Shown: positions 7,458 through 13,743 of the stretch, piece by piece
Layout of the letters: each line of letters starts with the position of its first letter
How positions within the stretch are numbered: position 1 is the stretch's first letter
Assembly (NCBI RefSeq): GCF_900167395.1
Contig: NZ_FUWK01000016.1
Coordinates: 16,230-48,229 of the forward strand
DNA from: Nitrosomonas europaea
GTDB lineage: Bacteria; Pseudomonadota; Gammaproteobacteria; Burkholderiales; Nitrosomonadaceae
DNA: 32,000 nucleotides
Direction of reading: 5' to 3'
Translations under genes and position numbers: made by a program
Notes under the pieces: model-generated
What the model saw: only the letters and a program-made list of their open reading frames with translations
The model's database searches: none
What the model was told of the DNA's origin: nothing

Positions 7458-9059
7458 TCAAGCAACAGCAGAGGTTCTGAAACTTGCAATAACCGTATCG
7501 CTGTCCCTGACATTACGTTTAACGATATCTGCAAGCAGACTGGTTTCTTCGATGATCGATTGCCCGACGGACGAGAAGGTCTTTTCATTATGTACGTAGC
7601 CCGATACCAGTGGATTGGTCAGAGCATGGGTAAATGCATCGTAACCCACCATCCGCACCATCAGGCGCCCCAGACTAAACCCTTCATCGTGATCTTCCGC
7701 AAAGATACCGACCTGCCACTCCAGGTCATCGATGCGATCGTTATACAGTTCCTTCAACTCCCGTTGCAGCGCCGGATCTGCTGTCAATTCCTCAAAACTT
7801 CTCAAACGCGGCATGCTGAATGCCTGGCGGTAATCATTGAATGAGCGCAGTTTGGCCTGACGCCCCATCTCTACGCTGCGTTCCATGACACTCCGGTTAT
7901 CCGCACCCACAGGCAATGGATCAAAAAAGAACTGAGGCGTGTTGTACAAACCGACACGGCCGGCTTTTTGCTGCGAGGCTGCTGATATCATGGTTCCAAT
8001 ACCATATTGGTGTGTGACCAGCGCGGTATTGTTGCGAAACTCATCGAGCGTGTATCGCTGATCACCGACAAAGTAGTATTCCGGCACCATCGAATGCCAC
8101 CTGTAGAGCAGATTGAATTCCAGAGAAATCCAGTTGGTGCGATACCAGCGCTGCCTTTCCGCCATCCCCGGTGTAGGATCGAGCGTAAAACCAAATTGTG
8201 TAAAATGCGAAACATAATCCTGCAACACCACTTTAATCAGCAGCACGATCATGATGTTTCTGGCTGTCTGGAACAGACGTTCATCATCCCAGGTGGGATG
8301 CGCTTCTTTGAGCACGTCACAGATCCGATTGTGTTCACGCAACATGATAGTATTCATGAGGGTATAGCCAATCGATGAATTACCATGTTCCAGCCCGGTG
8401 GCAAACATACGCTTCAACCGTTCTTCCGGGACATTGTCAAAAACAAATTCCAGAACAGCGCGGGGATGCAGATTCTCAAATTCCCTGTCAGCAAACACCC
8501 AATTATCTGCAGTCGTTTCTTCTACATTGAAAAGGTAAGGAGGAAAAATTTCTCCATCGATGACCTGATATTTCAGCTTGCCATCCTTTTTCAACCGCAG
8601 CAAATGCGTGATGTCTTCACGCAAGCCATAGATCTGGCACAGATCGATTTCGTGATTTGATGTATTTTTCCGGCGATCGAAAAAATCTGTCCGCAGAAAA
8701 CTATCGGTGAACCATTGAGCGAAAAAAGAAAACAGGATGCTGGTATCAACTGACGGGATTTCCCTGTTTTCTTTTCTGCGCCACAGATTGACAACACTTT
8801 TCAGATCCGGAAGATTCTGTTCTCCTTCCGCTTCCGGCAGATGTCGTCCGGTGAATGTCCGGTCTGTCAATGCCTGCCATGTGGTATAGGGAGCGGCCAT
8901 GGAGAATGGCCTGGGACGGGGGTTTGTGGCATAGGCCTGCCAATTGATAAAAGTATCGCTGATCCAGCGCCGCAACCACGTTATGCGCGAGGCGACTCGA
9001 CTGATCCATGGGAATCGGTTCACAAGCCGAAAAATGATCTGAAAAAAGAATTCATTCAT
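7458..9059 (-). CDS. cyclooxygenase (prostaglandin-H-synthase)-like haem dioxygenase
   Basis: Blocks FFAQWFTDSF, KDGKLKYQVIDGEIFPP, MLREHNRICDVLKEAHPTWDDERLFQTARNI and FNLLYRWHSMVPE closely parallel vertebrate PGHS (from memory). SD GGGGA lies 6 nt before ATG 9059. Confidence 0.88.
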   Translation of the reverse strand: MNEFFFQIIFRLVNRFPWISRVASRITWLRRWISDTFINWQAYATNPRPRPFSMAAPYTTWQALTDRTFTGRHLPEAEGEQNLPDLKSVVNLWRRKENREIPSVDTSILFSFFAQWFTDSFLRTDFFDRRKNTSNHEIDLCQIYGLREDITHLLRLKKDGKLKYQVIDGEIFPPYLFNVEETTADNWVFADREFENLHPRAVLEFVFDNVPEERLKRMFATGLEHGNSSIGYTLMNTIMLREHNRICDVLKEAHPTWDDERLFQTARNIMIVLLIKVVLQDYVSHFTQFGFTLDPTPGMAERQRWYRTNWISLEFNLLYRWHSMVPEYYFVGDQRYTLDEFRNNTALVTHQYGIGTMISAASQQKAGRVGLYNTPQFFFDPLPVGADNRSVMERSVEMGRQAKLRSFNDYRQAFSMPRLRSFEELTADPALQRELKELYNDRIDDLEWQVGIFAEDHDEGFSLGRLMVRMVGYDAFTHALTNPLVSGYVHNEKTFSSVGQSIIEETSLLADIVKRNVRDSDTVIASFRTSAVA

Positions 9060-9229
9060 AGCGCATCCCCTTTTTGTCAGTGATAACTTACATTTCCTTC
9101 AGCTGCTGGAACTTTGGTCTTAGTGTGTATGCGGCTGCCTGGTAGCTGTTTTTTCTCCCTTTCTCAAAGTGCACTCAAAAATGAAAAGTGCGATTCATCA
9201 AATCCTGTTCTCAAGACAAAGCAATCAGC

Positions 9230-10732
9230 TCATCCCTGCGTCACCCGAACAGAATAAGCACCTGTCCCGGATGGCGAGTAGTGTCTTACACGAACGAAAT
9301 ATTCACCCGGAGAAAGTTGACGGCGGATCAGCGCGTTGAAGGAGATGCCTGAATCATCGTTGCTGGCGATTTCCGGTATCTGGCTGTTCGGGCCATGCAA
9401 GCTCATGAAGGTATCCGTTGTCCCATTCGTCTGGATGGTATAAAAATCTCCCGTAGTAACATTAAACCGGTACACATCGCTTTCATTCGCTGCAGAAATC
9501 GATGCATCGATGCCCACACCATTCACGATGAGCTCGGGGATCGGAACCGGGCCGGGACCAGGGCCTGGAGTGGCACTGACTGCGCGCACGCCAACCGCAT
9601 AATTTCCCGTACTGTTCGGGCTGTACAGACGAACGCGCAGAAAATAAGTACCTGCAGACAGATTGCGGTTGATTTGTGCATTGAAACCCTCGCCTGCATC
9701 ATCATCTGATGCCACTTCAAAATTCGGATCATTGGGGCCGAACAGAGTCATGAACGTATCGGATGATCCGAGGGTATACATCGTATGAGCACCGAAGGCC
9801 GGGACTTCGAAACGGAAAACATCGGTTTCTCCCGGCACGCCGATAGCAGCTGCTATCGGATCGGCTCCAACGACAATGAGCGGTATTTCCGGCTGAGGTT
9901 GCGGCTGAGGAGCAGCATCATCATATACGATACCCAGCGCTGCACTGTCCAGCACATCGATAGGACGCGACCCGACCTGTCCTGAAGGGGTACTACCCAT
10001 TGGATCAGTCAGATTTTGACCAAAAGGGCCGCCACTGGCTGGTAAATAACCTTGATTCGGGAAGCGCAGTTGCCATTCATGCCAGATTTTATCCACCATA
10101 CAATGGTGCATGAAAAACACCGGATCATTCGGGGAAGTCATCGGCAGCATGGACCCCCCCACCCAGACATGACCACGGTTGTGCAGATTGGGGCCAATCC
10201 AGCCTTCCAGCTGATTACGGAAACTTGGATTGCTGTTCATGTTCCACGGCGATGTATCATAGGGCGTAACGGCCATGACTTGATTGATTGCCGCTTGTGT
10301 GGGTAAGGTTGGCAAGCCGTTCTGACCGAAAGCGCGCATCAGCGGACCTGCTGGCAATCCGCTGGAATTGATGACAGTCCATTGCCCGGAGCGGAATGGA
10401 CCGGTACGGACAACACCACCGGCATCTCCATTGCCACCCAGCAAATCATCATTCCACATGGAGGCATTGGCGCTACCTGATGGCCAGTTCCAGTAAGGTA
10501 TCCCGAGATTCGGGTTACCCGAAACGCGCTGCAGTTCCAGTTCGAGATCATAAATAAAGCGGCGGTGCCACGGCAAAAAAGCAGAGCATCGGTGAATTGC
10601 ACTCATATTGGCGTTCGCATGTCTGAGCACGAATCGATCATAGATGCCTTCGGCCTTCAACACGCGAATGGCAGCAACGAATTCTGCCCGTTCTGCAGCA
10701 GTCAGTGTATTTGCATCTTTTCTGATAGCCAT
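9230..10732 (-). CDS. tyrosinase (MelC2-type type-3 copper oxidase) with two C-terminal PPC-like domains
   Basis: CuA His in LRH...IHRCSAFLPWHRRF. CuB His in LHNRGHVWVGG and FFMHHCMVDKIWHEWQ. The N-terminus MAIRKDANTLTAAERAEFVAAI parallels Streptomyces MelC2. SD GGAGGA lies 7 nt before ATG 10732; the ORF-track start 10747 is 5 codons upstream. No signal peptide. Confidence 0.92.
   Translation of the reverse strand: MAIRKDANTLTAAERAEFVAAIRVLKAEGIYDRFVLRHANANMSAIHRCSAFLPWHRRFIYDLELELQRVSGNPNLGIPYWNWPSGSANASMWNDDLLGGNGDAGGVVRTGPFRSGQWTVINSSGLPAGPLMRAFGQNGLPTLPTQAAINQVMAVTPYDTSPWNMNSNPSFRNQLEGWIGPNLHNRGHVWVGGSMLPMTSPNDPVFFMHHCMVDKIWHEWQLRFPNQGYLPASGGPFGQNLTDPMGSTPSGQVGSRPIDVLDSAALGIVYDDAAPQPQPQPEIPLIVVGADPIAAAIGVPGETDVFRFEVPAFGAHTMYTLGSSDTFMTLFGPNDPNFEVASDDDAGEGFNAQINRNLSAGTYFLRVRLYSPNSTGNYAVGVRAVSATPGPGPGPVPIPELIVNGVGIDASISAANESDVYRFNVTTGDFYTIQTNGTTDTFMSLHGPNSQIPEIASNDDSGISFNALIRRQLSPGEYFVRVRHYSPSGTGAYSVRVTQG
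9233..9886 (-). repeat. intragenic tandem duplication encoding two ~103-aa PPC (pre-peptidase C-terminal)-like domains (9575-9886 and 9233-9541)
   Basis: aa 288-391 and 403-505 of the tyrosinase ORF align throughout: IP.IV.G....A.I....E.DV.RF.V......T....DTFM.L.GPN.....ASNDD.G..FNA.I.R.LS.G.YF.RVR.YSP..TG.Y.V. They are joined by a PGPGPGPVP linker and preceded by a PQPQPQPE linker. Confidence 0.8.
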
Positions 10733-10764
10733 GAGAATTTCCTCCATGTTTTTATCTGCAGGAA

Positions 10765-10980
10765 TTACTCTTTCACACCGGAGAATTCAACGGTGTCCCG
10801 GATGATCGCCCGCGCCAGATCCAGTAATGAATCATATTGGGTATAAGGCAGATATCTCGAAGACCACTTGTTTTTTACTGCATCATGTACGTAACTGATT
10901 TCCTTTCCATTGATTGTGAGGCTGGTATCGTCTTCTATATCGATCGTACCGCCTTCAAAAACTTCTGTATGGTGTGTCAT
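10765..10980 (-). CDS. hypothetical 71-aa protein immediately upstream of tyrosinase (candidate accessory/caddie-like factor)
   Basis: Its ATG overlaps the stop of the upstream ORF in an ATGA (10977-10980). It ends 32 nt before the tyrosinase start at 10732 (17 nt before ATG 10747). No signal peptide. Contains an N-terminal HH pair and a YLPYTQY segment. No family recognised. Confidence 0.55.
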   Translation of the reverse strand: MTHHTEVFEGGTIDIEDDTSLTINGKEISYVHDAVKNKWSSRYLPYTQYDSLLDLARAIIRDTVEFSGVKE

Positions 10981-11570
10981 TTGTAAACTCCTTTCTGGAT
11001 GAATGACAATCGATCTGCTTTTACTGCAGTCCTTGCTGCGTCATCGATCACCGTGCATTGCAGGTTTGCGGTAACGATGACATTTTCCATCTCGCGTCCA
11101 CGTGCACGAATTACAGCAGATATATCAATAAAGTACCCGTCCAGCCCGTCATAATTCAGATGTGCAAACCCCAGCGTCCCGGGAAAATCTGATAGCGCAT
11201 TCTTCATGCCCGTGGTCCTTGTGGTCAGCAATTCGAGGCTCATTGCTTTTTCGAAAAAGGATGCTGCAAAGTCTCCCGATTTTGTTACATTCTCGACCAT
11301 GAAGCAGCCCTCGTAGCGTGCCTTTAATTTGAAAGTACCCTCTTTCGATAGAGTCAATATTCCGGAATGAAGCGTTGGGACCCCGGTACAGCCATTCATA
11401 CTGGCTGACGTAATGGAACACGTCATATTTTCCAGATGGAAGGGCTCCCTCGATATTGCCGTGGTACTTTTTCCAGCCAGCAATACCAGGATTCCCGTCA
11501 GGATCACAGCAGCCTGTTTCATCGCATCTTTCCCTGATAGCCCACACGCAGAGACAACCCAACGCTTCAT
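10977..11570 (-). CDS. hypothetical secreted protein
   Basis: Hydrophobic signal-like segment MKQAAVILTGILVLLAGKS, so the start may be ATG 11522 rather than 11570. Translationally coupled to the 71-aa ORF. No recognisable family. Confidence 0.6.
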   Translation of the reverse strand: MKRWVVSACGLSGKDAMKQAAVILTGILVLLAGKSTTAISREPFHLENMTCSITSASMNGCTGVPTLHSGILTLSKEGTFKLKARYEGCFMVENVTKSGDFAASFFEKAMSLELLTTRTTGMKNALSDFPGTLGFAHLNYDGLDGYFIDISAVIRARGREMENVIVTANLQCTVIDDAARTAVKADRLSFIQKGVYK

Positions 11571-11577
11571 TTTTACG

Positions 11578-12336
11578 CTATTTCACACAGATACCCGCGC
11601 AGTCGGCACCTCCCTTGGCAGGATCACAGTCATCCGAGGGATCATCCACACACTTCATACCTTCGGGGCAGGGAAAACCGGCAATCCCTCCACACATTTG
11701 TTTAGGCTTCTGACCATCGTATGCAGCGCTTCCTTTGGGCGGATAATCAACACGTTTTCCCTCTCCACGCCCGGGCAGCTCGGTGGTACCCAGCTTCACG
11801 ATATCGTGTATCCTTTTCGATTGAACAGTTTCGACATCGATCGATTGAACTTCTCCCTCCACGGGTCGTGCGGTATATACCCCTACCACATCCAGTGGAA
11901 CAGGACTTTTCACTACCAGAAACCCCTCCAGAAATGCAAAATCTACGCATACCCCATTAATCGGGCAAAAGTAGCCGGCAATGTCAAAGCAATTTACTCC
12001 GACAGCACCATCCGGTTGCAGTGTAATTCCCTTGAACGGCGTAACATTGAAAGGGCCTGGTTCGGAGCCCATCTGAGTGGAAAGTGCCACCTTGGCGGCA
12101 ACCGTGATTTTCTTGCTGGCAGGATTGTGAATATTGATGATAGTACGGTATATGCCTTTCGCCAGAGTACCGTCCTGGTGTGGCAGTAATAACGAACACG
12201 CCACTTTTGCAGCATACTGATATTCGGTTTTGATTGTCTCGTATTTTGCTGTTTCTGCCTGAGTACCGATTGGATTAAACAAAAGCCATAACCCGAGAAC
12301 AATTGAAAAGAGTTTGATCACATTCGATTGTTTCAT
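11578..12336 (-). CDS. secreted protein of unknown function with C-terminal 6-Cys module
   Basis: SD GAGGTGG lies before ATG 12336. Signal peptide MKQSNVIKLFSIVLGLWLLFNPIGTQA. Central domain with YAAKVAC...GIYRTIINIHNP...LDVVGVYT, a pattern I recall from uncharacterised proteins. C-terminal module CGGIAGFPCPEGMKCVDDPSDDCDPAKGGADCAGICVK is shared with the next gene. Confidence 0.75.
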   Translation of the reverse strand: MKQSNVIKLFSIVLGLWLLFNPIGTQAETAKYETIKTEYQYAAKVACSLLLPHQDGTLAKGIYRTIINIHNPASKKITVAAKVALSTQMGSEPGPFNVTPFKGITLQPDGAVGVNCFDIAGYFCPINGVCVDFAFLEGFLVVKSPVPLDVVGVYTARPVEGEVQSIDVETVQSKRIHDIVKLGTTELPGRGEGKRVDYPPKGSAAYDGQKPKQMCGGIAGFPCPEGMKCVDDPSDDCDPAKGGADCAGICVK

Positions 12337-12517
12337 GATAGCCACCTCACCGAGTGTTGTGCCCTCTACAGATACCATGTTCCTGATGTGTATCGCATCC
12401 GCACCGGGCTAATAACAGGCCCACTTCATCTTGCCCAACCCGGGAGACAGAGTGGCCTCTCACGTTACCTGCAAAATATTTTTACCTCCATTTTTCTAAA
12501 AAACACATAAAAAGATG

Positions 12518-13225
12518 TCACTGACCCTGCCCGGCAATACATATCCCCGCACAATCTGCTCCCCCGTGTTCGGGATCGCAGGTATCACCCGGATCATCAA
12601 CACATGCCAGGCCATCCGGACACCTGATTCCTGCAATTCCTCCGCAAGCCTGGGGTTCTGCTGTTTTACATTCACCCTCATGATCGATAGAAACACCTGC
12701 CGCAGCCGCTCCACAGGCATTACCATAAGTTTTTCCGTCACAACCGCAAACCGGATTGAACTCTCTCGTGCAGATTGTTGGCCTGGTTTTACAGACACCT
12801 TGCGCATCAGCAACTTTGCACTGGCCGATGCCCAAATCACAGTACTGCTCGGCAGGACAGGCCAATCCCTGGATCGTGCCGCAAACTTGTGGTTGTAATT
12901 GAGGTTGTGGGGGGTTGCCTTCCTCACAACCCGCTACGACCAGAGAAACAGAAAGCACGATCAACCAGGTGATCAATGCATTCAGATATCGTGGCAATTC
13001 CTTCCTGGTCTTGCGCGTGATCGATGGTGGCGACAGACCCCGGCCAGAACTGAACGCCCCATTGCCGGCACCGAAATCGGAAGAAAAGTAAAGTTGTGGA
13101 TTAAAACCAGAACAGCCTGATCCGGGTAAACCCAGGGCAGAAGTAAATTGCGTGGGGGACCGCTTTCCTGCCAAAACACACGCATTTCGAGCTTGAGTTC
13201 CGGCCTGATTTTTCTGCTGTTTCAT
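12518..13225 (-). CDS. membrane-anchored cysteine-rich protein with Kazal-type inhibitor domain
   Basis: Strong SD AAGGAGGA lies 5 nt before ATG 13225. Basic low-complexity N-terminal region, then TM/lipobox-like segment LNALITWLIVLSVSLVVAGC. Kazal pattern CTREFNPVCGCDGKTYGNACGAAAAGVSIDHEGEC. C-terminal module CGGIAGIRCPDGLACVDDPGDTCDPEHGGADCAGIC. Confidence 0.8.
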   Translation of the reverse strand: MKQQKNQAGTQARNACVLAGKRSPTQFTSALGLPGSGCSGFNPQLYFSSDFGAGNGAFSSGRGLSPPSITRKTRKELPRYLNALITWLIVLSVSLVVAGCEEGNPPQPQLQPQVCGTIQGLACPAEQYCDLGIGQCKVADAQGVCKTRPTICTREFNPVCGCDGKTYGNACGAAAAGVSIDHEGECKTAEPQACGGIAGIRCPDGLACVDDPGDTCDPEHGGADCAGICIAGQGQ

Positions 13226-13743
13226 GTGTTCCTCCTTCTCCTGGAGAGCTTTGGAACGGATCCCTTGTTAGACAGGAAACTGTTTTCAGGTTTTCAGAAT
13301 AGTGGTGTATTACTATCCCCCTCTGAAATAATCTACACCTTTTATTTTGAGATGGTAAGCAAATATTGCATTGTCATTGCCATGTGCGATTCTTTGTTGC
13401 CATGTTTTTGTCCAGGCATCTGAGCACAATCTACATTGATGTCGCAGATTGGAACACAAAAAATTACCTCGGTAAGATCAGCAATGAAGCAGTTGAAAAG
13501 ATCGAGCTGATACTGAAATCTGGAATTGCAGGAATGGGCAAACCGGAGATGCATCCGATAACGATTGGAATCAAATGCAATCAGAAAACAACAAAACAAA
13601 ACCGTCGAATAACTCTTCAAAATCAAATCATTTTATGTAACGTAGGTTATACAGTTTTCGCAATCAGGATTCATCCCGCTGAAAAAAAGCCCCTAGCCAC
13701 TTCTATTACTATGAGCTTTCTCTCCTACCGGACAAATAGTCGG

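Noticed and set aside
9545-9905. Low-complexity PQPQPQ and PGPGPGP coding tracts
   Set aside because: These are short inter-domain linkers within the tyrosinase ORF. They are not microsatellite arrays or phase-variable repeats (only 3-4 units, imperfect at the DNA level).
11413-12189. 258-aa plus-strand ORF
   Set aside because: It is antisense to the 197-aa and 266-aa minus-strand genes. Those have signal peptides, SD sequences and a cysteine module shared with a neighbour. The plus-strand product has no recognisable features.
12496-12927. 143-aa minus-strand ORF
   Set aside because: It is out of frame within the Kazal/cysteine-rich gene, whose own frame shows canonical Kazal and 6-Cys patterns.
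12995-12997. Alternative TTG start giving a classical lipoprotein signal (MPRYLNALITWLIVLSVSLVVAG|C) for the Kazal protein
   Set aside because: It is plausible (AGGAAGGAA directly upstream). However, ATG 13225 has a much better placed AAGGAGGA SD, and the basic N-terminal tail fits a signal-anchor topology. I kept it only as a note.
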